Positions 12,742 through 26,949 are shown, counted from the first letter of the stretch. The stretch is DNA of 64,000 nt from Phoronis australis (GCA_002633005.1 NMRA01000411.1:229083-293082); one strand, 5' to 3'. Notes: generated from the sequence alone by a model not told the origin. Made by a program: numbers and translations.

Positions 12742-13990
12742 TATAGAAACTTATAGCTTCGACAAATAAATGTTAGAAAAGGGACCAAAAATAGTCGAGA
12801 GAACAACGGAAAGATGTGCCTTAAAAGTACCGAAGACAGAAAGAAGCGAAACGTGACTATTTGCACGTAGGTTTATAATTAATTTTCACATGATTGTCGT
12901 TATGCTGTGTTTTTGTTTATTCATAAGCAAAAGTCTTCAAGTAACTTCCCTGATTTAAATTATGAATGAAACGATACGCCGTCAATTTTAACTTTAATTA
13001 TTTTAAATTCTGTTAGTAGGATACATCACTTGAACAGCAGCAATTACTCTCAGATTGATTTGCTTTTAAGAATCACTTTGAAGTTACATTAAAGTTGCAT
13101 TATTTAAATTTCGAATGCAAAAGGAAATGTACAATAGGATAAATGTTAAGTTAGAGAGTTTCGGTGCTCCAATGCGATGAATCTCAGTCATGTTTTGATT
13201 TTACTGCTATTTATTCGTACATTCAGTAGTTGTGTTAGTAGTTTAAATAGAGCGTGCGCGCGTGCGTGTGAATATGTGAAACTGTCCCTTTTTGTTGCTT
13301 AAACCTTTATTTATTTCGTAAAAAATTGATTGTTATTATCACTAATTTTTCTATAATAAAATATTAAAAATTACTTGGTTTGCATAATTGCTGTAATTTG
13401 AAATAGTAATTTTCAAAAACCCTAAAATACGGATAACTATTTATAATCGAAAAATTATTTAAATTAATAAATAGATATTTCCAACAATGAGCTCAGGGCG
13501 TACATTTGGGGAAAACGCATGGTTGAATCCAAAAATTATCCCCATCAACCAAAGCAAATTATCAAACATAAACGGTTAGCAATGAGGATGATCAGACCCC
13601 GACAGTATTGAGCATTCACTCTCGCAATTTACGCGCCGGCCATGGTATTGATATACCCGAGCATAAATTCGTCACTTCAAAATATTTGGTCCCCAAACTG
13701 ATATTTTCCAAATCTATGCCCCGAGCTTGTTTGCAGGAGTACCAGTTCTAGTCTTTGATCATCACCTTTCCAGCACAAAGTTTAAAAAATAACGCGATCT
13801 TTGTAATTCCTTGATTTTGGTCAATTTTCTCAAAATCACCGTCTATATTATGATAATTGAATTCTCAAACTATATTATGTCACGTGTTAGGAGTCTGGCT
13901 GGCTACCGTAATTTACCTAACAAGGGAGGTTCATTCTGGTAAAACCTATAAAAACTATACCTGGATTTTAACCCTTACACCATAGACTAA

Positions 13991-14310
13991 TGGGACATTA
14001 TCGATTTTGCGGGATGATTGTAACATGGGATAGACTTCGAGAAATTATTTAAACTGTGCTACAGAACAACGGAATCTGTTATGTTTTTGTGATTTTTACT
14101 GCAAATCGCCAATTCCTTTTCTGTCAGACATTCACTGAAATCGAGGTCGGTGACTTTAATTTTCCAGTTAAATGCGCTTAAAATAATCTCCCAATTATAG
14201 AATGGGTTTTAGCTCCGCCAATAGCGTTAAACTCCGACTGCGGGATTGCAGGGTGGATTCCTCGCTGAAATTTACCTCAGAAAATCCCTTTACTCGCCAA
14301 TTATGTCCCT
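13991..14310 (+). mobile_element. Family K copy 2 (opposite orientation)
   Basis: Starts CTAA|TGGGACATTATCG, ends ATGTCCCT; contains the reverse complement of the GATTTCAG..AATGTCTGACAG block; tRNA-like GGGTTTTAGCTCC...GGGTGGATTCC at 14204-14260. Confidence 0.7.
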
Positions 14311-15990
14311 GTTCTTGCGCTGTCTTAAACTCAACTATGTACTTCAATGAAAACTGAAACTCGCGTAAGAGCAACTTTTCATTTTTGAAAAAATCACAGT
14401 AAAGCAACGAGACGTTTTCTGTTCCATGCAGTTTGTAGTCTAGCCGTAGGCGAAATATACAAATCAAACTAAGAATTTTGTTGAAATTTTCTGAACACTA
14501 AATAGTGCGGTATTTGATGAAAGTGCTTTTATTTAACAATGCTAGGGCAATCGGGTAGCTCTTTAAATAATTCCTATCAGGTTTTTGAGAGAGAAAGCGT
14601 GGCTGAGTGGTCTAGGAGTAAATATGAACAATCAACTTATGGACGAAAAATATATTTTGTTAAATTTGTAACGTGGCGATGGAAATGAAATCCCTACACC
14701 TCGAGAATAATGAAAACTGATGTTTAGTTGATGGCTGCCTGGCATGTATTGAACGAAATATGGTACTTCAACTCTGAACGTTTGCCCCTGTCCTAGATTT
14801 TCCCAGACAGTGCGACGGATCGTTTATCAAGTTCAGTTTGCTAACGAAACATTTCTAACACCTAAAGGTCGGAAAAAACAGTATTTAAGTTCAGACTAAA
14901 CTAGCACACATTTCCTCCTATCTAAATAAAAATTAACAGGAGCGACTACTTTATATGCATCATGTGCAGAAATTCACAAACTATTTCAAACAAATTTGAA
15001 ATCTCTTGATTTTCATTTTCAGTTTTGATTTTATTGGATGCAAAGCAACACTTTTCAGTGTCTGTTTCAACGAATGCGACCAGTATACAAACACAGACGA
15101 AACAAGAAGCAATGGCAAGCATAATACTACTTATGAAATTTTATTTTCTTATGCAAGATTTTGCTCTTCAGAGATTCCCTGTTCCGTATTTCCACCAGCT
15201 CAGTTAACAGAATTAAGAGAATTAGTCTCATTAAACGACAAGTGCCATCAAAATGAGAACATTTTGTAAATTAGTGCCCTGTCTGTCTTTATTATGTTTT
15301 TCACGGTATCTTGCAGTGAAATGATTTTGGTGTGTTGAGAAGGTTCCCCGCATTCGCTATCAACCATGGTCAGTTTTGAGATACCCAGGCCTATTGTATT
15401 AGCAAAAGAATTTTTCCACAGAGAGTTAAGATAAATACAGTCATGATATATGGAGAGTTTGTAAAAATAATGTCCAATTATACGAAAATACGGTAAGAAT
15501 TGTTAACAAATCGCCGTTTTGCATGTGTTTGTATTTGAATATATCGGTCAACGGTTTTGAAAAGTAGGCGGTCTCAAAGCGCTAATCTCATTTGTGTTTG
15601 CCGTAAACATAAACCAAACTGCTCGAAGATTTGAATCTAACGTTCAACCGTTATTTCAACGTGACGTGGTAACGCGGGATGTCCGGTTAAACCATATTAT
15701 TCATAGCCTGTTACACAAATGGTTGATGCAAAGATAATTTAGAAATACCTGTTTCAAGAACGTACTATTATCCTACATTGCCGTGTAGTCGTCAGTGTCC
15801 ATTTTTAGAGATATACACGCGTTACAGCTTGCTGTCTGACAACTTGCTTTTTTGAAAACCTTTGCAGTATCAAATAATGGTGGAAATTTATGAAAACTGT
15901 AAAAATAAAATAATTTTCGCAGTAAGATACCGCGCTTTGGAATCGTTCATGTATGTGACATGTACTGCAAACGGAAACCGTTCAAATATA

Positions 15991-16208
15991 AACCAATCCA
16001 ATGCTCGTTTTTTATTATGTCTGCCCTCTGCTTGTTTTCATTTTTCCAACCGTCTACCCTAATGAAGTACACTTTTGAAAAAAACGAAATTATGTGTCTG
16101 CGTATAAAAGGTCGGTAACGCTCAAACGAGATGTAAACAATTCACCGGACGAATACAGGTCTTTATGGACACCACAGAAAACAACTTCTTCAAGGCGAAA
16201 AGGTACGA
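15991..16208 (+). promoter_or_regulatory. Candidate CCAAT/TATA promoter in a CpG-rich zone
   Basis: CCAAT near 15993, TATAAAAG at 16103-16110, weak AG|GTACGA donor at 16202/16203. Confidence 0.25.
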
Positions 16209-16908
16209 CGGCGAACGTGTGTTCGCCCATCAGTTCATTAAGCTAATTACCATATGACGAGCTCGACATTAATATAGGCAGATATCAATAATTACGACAA
16301 TGTTTGCAATCACGTTTCAGAGTAACTATTACCAGACGTTTGAGGAAATAGTTATTGCGTTTTTGCTCACGTAATCACTGTCGGAATTTTGCAATGACCT
16401 TCCTTTGTTAAACGCTTTCTGTCCGTGAATCGTAAGCTGGTACCTCGAGACTACGACAAAACCTAAGGGAAGCCGAGTTATTAAATGGGGCGATTATTAC
16501 ACTAGTTAGACGAATTTATCGAGGATTGATTGTAAAAAGATTGGTTCATTCTAAAAAAATAAAGTCTGTTGCTGACATTGAGAGGCAAAATAAATAAACG
16601 AAATGAGTTTAATAGGTGTAATTGTCTCGAACGACCAAACGTACCTATCCACGCCCGTCTGGAGTGGATTTAGGCTTGGGATAACGCCTGCGGTAGTTGA
16701 CAAATTAAAGGGAAAATTGGTTCGGTCTTTTTGTGTGAGATTCGTTACAAGATGAGCCACTGAAGTACATCGTTGTCTGGCGTGACTTTGGTTATTGGTT
16801 ATTTTATTGCATTTATGACATTGTTTGATTCACCAACAATAGGCGCGCTTTTGAATTGCTTGAAATATACTTGTGACTTTTAGTTTAGTAATTTCCCTTT
16901 CTAACTGT

Positions 16909-17150
16909 TCTGTTTCATAAAAAATGATTGAAGACTTAAGACAGAAATTTAGTCTTACGCTTCATACAACTTTTTTTTGAAAAATAATTAACCCTCACTT
17001 GAACTAAAATGCAAAGTCTCTCAGAATATACACAGTAACTGCTAGATACTGAGAAATTATTTCTAGACTGCCACGCGCTCATAATTACTTGGCTAAACAT
17101 TTTTTCAAAAAATTATGTCTCAAGTCTTACGTCACCTTTCATGAAACAGA
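16909..17150. mobile_element. MITE with ~35-bp imperfect TIRs (PIF/Harbinger-like)
   Basis: TCTGTTTCATAAAAAATGATTGAAGACTTAAGACA vs reverse complement of the right end TCTGTTTCATGAAAGGTGACGTAAGACTTGAGACA (~28/35 identical). Confidence 0.75.
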
Positions 17151-18124
17151 CCTCTAGTATTTTGTGATTCAAATTACAAAAAATTCAGGCGTTTGTAACA
17201 CCGTTATAACTGACCATGTTTGCTGTTAACTCCAGCGAAGCGACGTTTGCCTTAGGAAATTTCCGACTCGTACAAACTATGAGATTTTGTTTTTTACAAT
17301 CGTGGTGTACAAATTATTTATAAGTGTCGCCGTTTTGGGCTGAAACTGTGAATAACTTCATAATCACCATTGCCACTGGTTTCATTGTTTCATGACGTCA
17401 TCAACGTAACTGGAATGCATGGACATGGCAGTTGCGATGCAGTTCCAGTTAGATCTACATAATTCTGAAAGCACATATAGGACAGTCTGTCTATAAGTTA
17501 TTCATTGTGACGTGAAATTCTAGATACTCTATTACACAGTCTATGATGAAATAGCCCCACGTCCTTGTTGTCAACCACCGTTATTAACTGTTATGTCCCA
17601 CTTCACGTAACTTATGGCTACTGCCCCATGTACTGGTATCTCGCACGCATACTTGATTTATTATAATTATTCGCATTGCGTGCAATCGATATGATGTGTC
17701 CAGTGACTGGATTGACAGAACTAATTTTGCTGTTTCACATTGACAACAAGATTCTGTGTTTCAGCCTGAATTTCATACCCTTGAAAAATAAAACTTCGAA
17801 GGACATTTTTACGATTTTTAGACACGAATTTTTCGCCCGTCTGCTGTTCTATTATACTTCTGAAGACAATTTATGCGTTTATTGAATTTGCACACGGAAT
17901 TCTGTATATTACAGTTACGTAAAATCATATGCTGTTGTTTTTCGGAATTTTAGAATGGCGACTTCAGAAATCTCCTCCAACGAAAAAAATCGAAAATCAC
18001 GACTATGAATGTATTTGTGTTTCCTAAATGCTAAATTCTTAAATCCCATAAAAGGGAAATTTTAACTGAAAAGGAATTAAATAACCTAAAACAAAATAAA
18101 TATTTAAAAAATTCAATGGCTTGT

Positions 18125-18958
18125 TTAAAAACATCCCTTTTAGACAAATAGTTGTCGGATGAATTTATGCTTATTTTACGACATTTGCAACAAAAATATA
18201 TGGAAAGAATGTGTTGAAAAGAATTGCTAGAATATTCTACAGAAGAAAAATATTAAAACTTAGAAACCGTTCAGCGACAAACATTACTGCAGGTTTTCAA
18301 AGTTGAGGATATATTCAAGGATACTTTTTTCAGAATTAGTTCGGAACAGAATTGATTATAGAATGTGTAAGAGTTCCATACAGTTGATACATATTACAAA
18401 AGATTTTCTTTCGGAAACATTAATTATATTACTTTTTTAATTATATAATTAATTGGATGATTTTGTTTCTAGTATTTTAGTCAGGATGCCGCTATCCAGT
18501 GTGTTTTACAGTTTACAGACATTTCGTTCTTCGCATACTCAAGAAAGCAAGTTGAGTATTTTAATTCTTAACACATTTTACCTGTAAGGAGTTTTCAAAA
18601 AGAAATTCTATTCAGTCATTCCTGTGGAAGGAAACCGAGGCTTGTTTGAGTAGTACTGTTGCAAATTCCGTGTCGAAATAATGAAACAATTGGCCAATAA
18701 TGCAATAAATAAATTGTCTGTCATTCCTTTTTGTTCGGTAGTTTTTGTTTTAAACAGTTGTAATTTTGTGAATAGCTACCGTACCGTATTCTATACAAAT
18801 TACTTATTGTCATTTGTATGTGAAACTAAGATAATTTAAATGTATCTTCACAGAGAAAGTTGAACACAAACTTACAGTCATTGATTTTATGAATTTTAAA
18901 TTCGTCGGTCACCATGACACATTACGTAACGACATGGAGATTTGTGTTCTGGTATGCG
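18125..18958 (+). pseudogene. Decayed Ulp1/C48 (SUMO protease-like) coding remnant, probably transposon cargo
   Basis: Ordered motifs: LKTSLLDK*LSDEFMLILRHLQQKY (18125-; TAG where W is expected), SILILNTFYL*GVFKKKFYSVIPVEGN (18555-), FVFWYA (18941-18958); many stops and frameshifts. Confidence 0.4.
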
Positions 18959-21006
18959 AGCAGGTTGTGGATACAATATAAAAATTATAGGTGTCTATTG
19001 GTTTATAAAAATACATATTCATATTAATAGCACTTGAGTGCTGAGAAAAGTTACGTATTAGAACATTTTATCGCTGTCCAGTAAAATCGCTCATAAAGAT
19101 CGCTCTGGTGGCTCTTATCTATTTCGTTGACTTATTTTCACCATGTTAATTAACTACTGATTTAAATGTTCTAAATATTCAAGGATTTCAGAGTTTGAAG
19201 TCAGTGTAGAACGTTTAAATATTGTCTAATAAAATTGTGATGATTGACACTAAATACCTTTATTCAATTTATTAAATCATCCCTTGGTGTTATATCTTTT
19301 TATTTCAATCTGTTTTATTTTGATCACGTTAATTATTCAGTGATTTTAATGTTTTTGATTAGGTTTTCAAAGTTTAAAATATGTCAGTATAATTGGAACG
19401 TACACATTTTAATTGAAGGAAAATAGACAAACGTTTCCATATGATAAAATTAATTTAGATTTTCAATGTGACTCTAAAATTATACTGTAGTCAAAATAGA
19501 TGCTGTTTCTGGTCTGGAAAAATTGGATGCTCGTTTCTGCTTGAGTTCATGCTCTACATTGTGACGTCAAGACGTGTCATTTTATTCACCGTACATGTTC
19601 TCGAGGAACAACGGACCGTCATTTCTTTGCAAGATCAAAATCCGAAAAAGGTTGATGCCAATTTCATAGCGGTAAATGGCCTAAATTAAAATTTAGTTTC
19701 TTCGACGGAATGCGGGTTTATTGCCACTTTAAATAATACACTTCCGTTCACCACGAGTTTTGGTAAGGAAGAAATATTCTTCAACGGCAACGTTACTTAG
19801 TTTTTGACATTTACAAAATGGCACCCTCAAACCTGATGGAGTAATTGATGTACGTGTGTTCACAGTAAGTTTTCGGGTTTAGACTGTAATTTTGAAAGTC
19901 TTCTAGTTTATTGTACGCTTCGAATGTCGTTCTGTTCGATTCACGATAAGAGAAGGTAATAAAGAATTAAGTCCTTTTGTCCGAAAGAATGACAAGTCTT
20001 GCATTGTATAACTGTCCTCTACTCAATAGGCTATAGTTCCACGCTATCAGCAACTAACATCATTGGTGGTCTGCGGCCTACTAATTTTGAAACATGAGCG
20101 AAATTCGTTTTTTCAAAAGCTTGATGCAAATGCATGTGAGTTGGGTTTAGAAGAAAACGGCTTCGCAACTTTGCAACAGTCACTTCGCCCACAGGCGATT
20201 TTGAGTCGCGGCTAGCCATCCCCTTCCTCTGTCGGCAGAATGACTTTTAACCACGGACTTCTGTTGTTATTGTATAAGTCCACGAACCATGGAATTGGGG
20301 GAAAGTCTTAGCTCATACCAAAAATGTACAGCTAAACAATACAGAATCGATGCTAGAAAAACACAGATCAAAACTAATTACGTTTTCTGGCATAATCTTC
20401 ATTTTTAGTTACATTTCTGTTCTCCGATAACAATCGAATAGCGTTGTCAAATAAGAAACAAGCTTAATGCAAAAATAGCACAGTTGGACATGTTCTGTGA
20501 TTTCTTGAAAATTGATGGGATGATGTGGTATTTTTGAGGTCTCCACTGTTTTAAAAATGGAGCCGGGATGCTTCTTTTTTCTTTTTACAGTGAAGTTCGT
20601 GTTTTGAAACAAGTCTAGCGCAGACCAGATCCAATTATACTATTTCCTTAAACAAAACCTGTCAAAAATCGTCTAGGGGTAGCAAAAGTCAGAGTTATGG
20701 AATGATTAAAAGTATGTGATTGGGTAAGTTGAAGCTTTCATTTATCTTCTGGAGTTGAATAGCAGACGCGCAAATATCACGCAAATGCAGGTTCCCGCTC
20801 TTCAGACATTCAGACGGATATGTTTCTGAGGACATCAACGTCACTTGTTCTCCACAACCATTAATCGAATTAATTTCGCGTTTAATTTTTTTCTACTAGT
20901 GGTAGTTATTACATGTTTTTCTTGAATTTCAGCGTCATCAAGTTTTCAGCACATTTATTCTCTACATATCTGTATGTTTAGTCTGAACATCGGCCAAGTG
21001 GCCACT

Positions 21007-21161
21007 GATTGGACCACGCGTGTATAAACTTGGTATGAAGCAGTGGTTGCTCGCACACAAGACTTGGCTAGACACAGAACAATACCATTTATGGATCGGC
21101 TCAACGGGTAATCTGAGATTACGTAATAACCATTCGGAATGTCTAGACCTACCTGGTAAGA
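21007..21161 (+). promoter_or_regulatory. Candidate promoter plus non-coding first exon
   Basis: GATTGG (inverted CCAAT) 21007, CACGCGTG 21015, TATAAA 21023-21028, TTACGTAA 21119, CTG|GTAAGA donor 21155/21156. Confidence 0.4.
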
Positions 21162-23399
21162 CGTGATCTAGCTTAAACTGAAAGACTTGAATGATTATGA
21201 GTGAACGCCCTCAGTACCACCACAGTTTAAATCGATAAACGGAGCAATTTTTAAGAATAACCAATTGGTCTTCAGATTTTTCAGTAAAAAATGGGAAAAT
21301 TACTGCACCATATTTTATTACCGAAAAAGTACACGAAAAAATACTCCGGCTGCGTTACCACTTATTCAAACGTAAAAGCACACCACAGAAAGGAATTTGT
21401 ATTGGAGGATCTTATAGAAAAAAACACAAACAAGTAAAAATGAAAACTGAATAGGCCTAATACAACCGGAAAACCTTATACAAAGGAACACTTGATTTAT
21501 GACTACTGTTAAACCTCAGATCAATAAGCAAGTGGTTTGCGGTTTGGTCAACAACTGTCTCAGTGAACGAATAATTAATAAAGCGTGAAATAACATCAGA
21601 CATCAAAATTGCTATGTTTACAAACATGACTTTTTTCGTCTTCCTTTATTTCGCTGAAGGGAGTCTGTGCAATTCGATTACGTGCATCTTCGATAAAATT
21701 GCAGATGCTGCAATTGACTTACGTAACGGCTACATCCAACAAAATTAAAATGCCATTACGAAATAGTCCACTTTTCACTGAAACCATATATGGATATTGA
21801 ATAACATTTCGTTAACACAGCCTGGTGTCAAGAAGATGAAAACGTGTTTATATACAGCACGTGAGAATAGTCAGGTCGATAGGTTAAAGGAAGTGAAGTG
21901 TTGTCTGCTTCCTGAGAGAAAAAGAAATGTTTTTGCAGGCTCAATGAACTCTCGTAACAATTAAACTGCGTTTGTTTTCATCAAAAACGTTGTTAATGAC
22001 ATAACCTAGTCTATTTTATTTTCCAGATTTTGTCCATTTTAATAAGTTACAGTAATTTAATGAAACCACATCCGGTTCACTATATGCATATTCTCCCAAC
22101 CCACGAAAAATCGGCGGGTTATTTAGACATCTGCCAAGCTCTAATATTCTCCGCTAATCTGTTGGACAGTTTGAATGTGCCGGCTGTGCTTCCCTTTGAC
22201 TCTTTCCGAGGTTGATGAATACAGACGGTCTCAGAGGGTGGTGTTGTCTGCTGTTTTCATACAGGTAACAAAAGTAATGCTTTCTAACTGAGAGCTGAGG
22301 TCGTAAAATGTCGCATAATTTTTCTCAGAGACACAGAGTTTAAACAAACCTTCATCAAAACTCACGACCACTTAGGCAGTGTAGACGCGGTGAGAAACCT
22401 ATTCGTAAACTTGTAAAGTTACGACCCTCTATTGCTGGTTCTAGGTGAAACGTGTCCTTGGTACCAGACTCAATAAGATGATATTTACGACCTGTAGACT
22501 GTTTACACTTTGGTATTGATTTTAGTTGTTAAAAAATGGGAGAGAGTAGAGGGTCGCAGCAGCAGTGACTTAAAATTTAAAATTCTTTCAATTTCAGAGC
22601 TCGCCTTTGAGTCCTTGGTCTCAAGTTTTGTAAGACTCGAGTTAACAGATTCGAATTTTCATGATTGTTACAGTGTGACCTGTGAGCAGCTTTAGCAAAT
22701 TGTTTGTCTTGACTGTGTTTAGTTAAACTTGGAATTGAACATGTCCAAGTCTCCTGTTACCATACTTGGATTGTAGCCTACTAGTGATCTGGTCCAGCTT
22801 ATGAGACGGTGACCAATCGATAGGGCCGCATCTGCGCTGGAAACTTTTCCCCAAATTATGCCTTACACTGGCTATATCAGCAGTCACGTTGTTAAAAGTA
22901 CCTCTCCAACATAGAAGGACGCCTTTGAGTTTGAAGGCTATCGGTTGCTTTAAATCTTTCCTACTCAATACGTCTCTTCATTCGTCGATGATGCCAATTT
23001 GTCCAGATGCTACATTGGCGTTCAAGTTTCGAGCACTAGCGAATTCTGGCGGATCACTATCTTTGTAGTGCGTTGGTCATTGGGTCACTCCTGAGATCGT
23101 GGAAGTTGTCCTCGATGTTTGGTTAAAAAGTTTACATGCCATAGACTAATGTAGTAATTCAATTAAAGCCAAAATGGTTCGGTTTATGATTTCTTTTTAT
23201 AGAATGAAGGAATATTCCTAAATGTTGGTTGCAGGAGTATTAAATCGAGTAAGGATTCAAAGACTCTTAACTTTTTCCAAAAGTGTCCATCTACATTCGA
23301 AATGTACATTTAACATGACCTTCACAGTCAAGACAGGGTCAGGGTTAAGGTTAATTTTCAAAAAAAAGTCTTCCAGTGTTCAGACTGGATTAGTATGTG

Positions 23400-23489
23400 C
23401 AGTCGCCTGGCGATACCCAGTCGCCTAGTGATATCCAGTCGCCTGGTGATACTCCGTCGCCTAGCGATACTCAATGGCCTAGTGATACT
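23400..23489. repeat. Minisatellite, 18-bp unit CAGTCGCCT(G/A)G(C/T)GATACY x5
   Basis: Five tandem units; preceded by GGGTCAGGGTTAAGGTTAA at ~23336. Confidence 0.9.
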
Positions 23490-24896
23490 CTTTTGATTAG
23501 TTTTTCATCTATCTTCAAGATGAAGCATGATTCTTTGTATAACAAAAAGCATTATCAACCAGTTACATTCTGTTCAAACTGACCAATCGAAACCATGCCA
23601 TTGTGCGATGACAGGCAAAGCAATGCGCACAAATTTCACTCCATTTGCGAGTTTGCAGGCATTAGATGTTTGTTAAACAGTTGTAAGAATTTTGTTTCCA
23701 CACTTCCAAATAGAAATAAAATGTAACACCTTGACTGACAAGGTCTGTTCTGTGAATTGAGATGGTGGTCCCTGGTTCTTTGCTTAACTTTCAGGTTGCA
23801 TAACTTTCAAACTGGAGAGTGATTAACTTTAAGTCTGAAGCTCGCTCATAACATTCACCTCTGAGAGGAAATTTAAGGCTACAGAAATGCATACATCAGC
23901 ATTTTAGTACTGCAGGTTCAGGGCGCAGTCTCATTGATGTCTATACTGCTTAAAACTTGTTGAATCAGATGATAATAAAGTTTAGCTCACTATTAATATT
24001 CATATTCACATTTTCAAAAGAGATCATTTATTCTAAGGCACGTCAACCGAAGCTGTCACAAGCCCCTTGCTTGTAATACCAGCATATCTCACTTAGAGAT
24101 AACTTGTGACCTCTCCAAATTTTCAGCTTACCATGCTAACCTAAGTTCTGAGATTTTTTTCTTCTCTGTTCATGGGAAAAGTTAAAATGGACATCTATTT
24201 TTATTGAAGTGAATTTAATAATCGCAAATATTTTTGAAGAGAAAAGTTATTAAAGTGATCTTTCTATTTGTAAGTTTTTAGCAACTTTTGATTTGGTTGG
24301 TTTCCCATTCTACTCAGTTTGCATATGCAAAAATTAAAATGCATCAATACACATGATATAAGCTAACTTGTTAAATATTTCTTTCAAAAGTTTTTAAAAC
24401 TGTGACTTGTTGAATTGACTTGGTTTCAACTAAATTGTCCAGGCAAGGTCTTAAAATCAAAGCTTTATTCTTGTATCAATTTTGCAGATAACCTCATTCT
24501 AGTAACATCATTTTTGCAGAAATTTCGTTCTTGAAATCACTAATATAGATTGACAATAATGCGTAAAATGTTAACTGAGATATTTGACATCTGGAGATCT
24601 AAATTTGCTATTATTCAATATTTCTATTGACTGATCTTGAAATTTTCCAGTAAAATTAAGTTAGAACGAGTTTTTGCTGTGTTGCGGCGAAATAAGGATA
24701 TATTTTTGTATTTTTTCTGCTTTTCAGTTTTACTATTGAAAGAAATGGACAACAGCGTCTGTTCATAATTTGATAAATTGCGCTTATATAATAATCAGTC
24801 TGATTCTATCAATGATTTAATTTTAAACTTGCTGGGTTATTTTGTGTGTTTGCAAGTACGCTCTTGAAACTAAATATAAATTATCATTTTATCTAG

Positions 24897-24961
24897 TTAT
24901 AGACTCATCTATTTCTACTAAAATGTTCTTTATAGACTCATTTATCTCTACTAAAATGTTC
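24897..24961. repeat. 33-bp tandem duplication
   Basis: TTATAGACTCAT.TAT.TCTACTAAAATGTTC twice. Confidence 0.9.
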
Positions 24962-25455
24962 AGGAAACAAATGTAGCCTGGTATTGAATCAGGGTTCGTG
25001 TTGAAGCAAGTTTTATCCTGTAACTTTAAAAGTTTGGGGCAAAAACAAAACATCAAGAAGGTTATAGAAATTAAAAAATCAATCTTTATTTTAGTGTCTG
25101 CTTAAACATCAATTTTGTTTTTAATTGTTTCTGCATTACCTGCGAGTTAAATTTTATCACCCCCCTGAAAGAGAATTTGCAGAACAAAACATGAGCATAT
25201 GACAATATTTGTCTAGGGGAGGGTGGTCAAATGATTGAGCAGCGTAGGCCATCTTTGTCGAAGATCAAGAGAAATGTTGGAGTTCTCAATGAAATAATGT
25301 CAGCAACATCATTTACATAATTATTAAAATGAAGAAGTTATAGATGAAAAGTTTAATGTACAAATATATTTGTTCCTTCTACCGAATTGGTGCTTTGTGC
25401 TTTCCGTGAATTTTGTTGTTTTCAAAGTGAAAACTTTTGGTGCACAGTTCCTCAG

Positions 25456-26660
25456 CCAATGAGAAAGAGATGGAGAAATGAGTGAAATTGACAAATAAGT
25501 ACGATGTTTGTTCACAAATAGGGAAAATGACAATCTTATACAATGAGTAGGTGAAGCAAATTTTTCTGTAAATGTTTTCAATCTGACTGAGACTTGGGTT
25601 ATTTACTCCTAGGTGAGAGACCTATTTTCAAGAATTAAGAAGTTGCATCTTGTGAGAGCATTTCGATCCTGATGAATTAAGCGTCGTAGTTTCGGGTAAT
25701 TTTAAACTCTGATTGGTGCACGGCAAAAAAAAATTGTAGTTAAAGGGTTCTTTCAATTATTAGGCTTCTCTGCGCGTACAAGACTAAAAGCAAACTCATT
25801 GGTAAGTGAAATATTCTCTTAACTATTTAACCTATTATAAGTGAAATTCTATAAATCAACAGATTTTATGAACGTGTTTTTAGAATTAGTTTGTGAGTGT
25901 TTTAGGTGCTTCTTTAAAAATCCATTCACATTAATTGAATACTGATAACAAAACACATAAACTGAATGCAAATTTTACTTTGTGTATATAGTTCTCTGTT
26001 TTCGTTCTGGATTCGTCGTGGTGTTTTCTGTATTGTAAGACTCAGATGGTTCTATGTGAAAATATTAGAATATTAAGCACTGCCCAGCAAAATGTTTTAG
26101 CTATGTTTTGTCAACTCTTAATGGCCTCAAAGCGTTTTGAATGATTTCAATTTATTTGAAACTGAATTTAATCATAGTATATTTATTATAAAATGGTATT
26201 TGGTAATAAATACAATGAACTCAATTTGTTTGAGAAAATCAGGCCTCCAAAGCCACTGCAGGATTGAAAAATGTGTGACCTTCAAGAAAAATGTGGGGCC
26301 CCGATGCCTATATTTTGAAAGTGAATATTGGCCCCATTCCCCTTTGAAAAATGTAAATCACATGATATTACTTCATCAAGCCCAAAAATTTCATTACAAT
26401 TATTTACAAACTTCCTTCCAAGTTTGAAACACTTCTTCAAAGCGTGCAACAATGCTGAATATTAATTATTAGGTTTTTCACATTATTACTCACGTTCTGT
26501 GTAATACTTGAAATGTAAGGTCGGTTTTTGTTTTTGCGGCAAAGTGGTACTCTCGGAGAATAGTTGCTGTGTCAGCTGGGCTGCAGAAATCAAGCGCAGC
26601 TGGACTTAATTGCAATTCAGGTGACGAGGGCACTGTTTTAAGTTCGTAAGTTGGGTAAGT
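25456..26660 (+). promoter_or_regulatory. Candidate promoter/first-exon region with strong splice donors
   Basis: CCAAT 25456, GATTGG 25711, TTG|GTAAGT at 25801/25802; tandem GTAAGT donors at 26646 and 26655; lies near the CpG-rich to CpG-poor transition. Confidence 0.35.
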
Positions 26661-26949
26661 TTGTTGAAAATCAATGTGTGTGGATTTTTTGCTGCTTACA
26701 TTTCAATAACGAACAAGGCTGGTGGTGGTTTGCGGCCAACTTGAAGCAAACTTATAAAGTGCGTTGTCGATAGTCGTGGCAATTGCAGGGCAGTTGCCTC
26801 GATATTTTGGTCCTGGTTTCATAATATGGCGATAAAAATATACTTACAGATCAAGACAGGAGTTTTTCTTTTAATTCTGTTTTTTTAGCTGGAATTAATC
26901 ATATCTTCACGATTCTTTAGGGCACCTAGTGGTGGCTATGGGAAGTACG

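Noticed and set aside
14596-14620. tRNA A-box-like GCGTGGCTGAGTGGTCTAGG
   Set aside because: No B box or cloverleaf follows; at most a SINE-head scrap.
22030-23142. GC-richer minus-strand stretch with few stops (possible decayed gene)
   Set aside because: No recognisable motif in any frame translated by hand; needs BLASTX.
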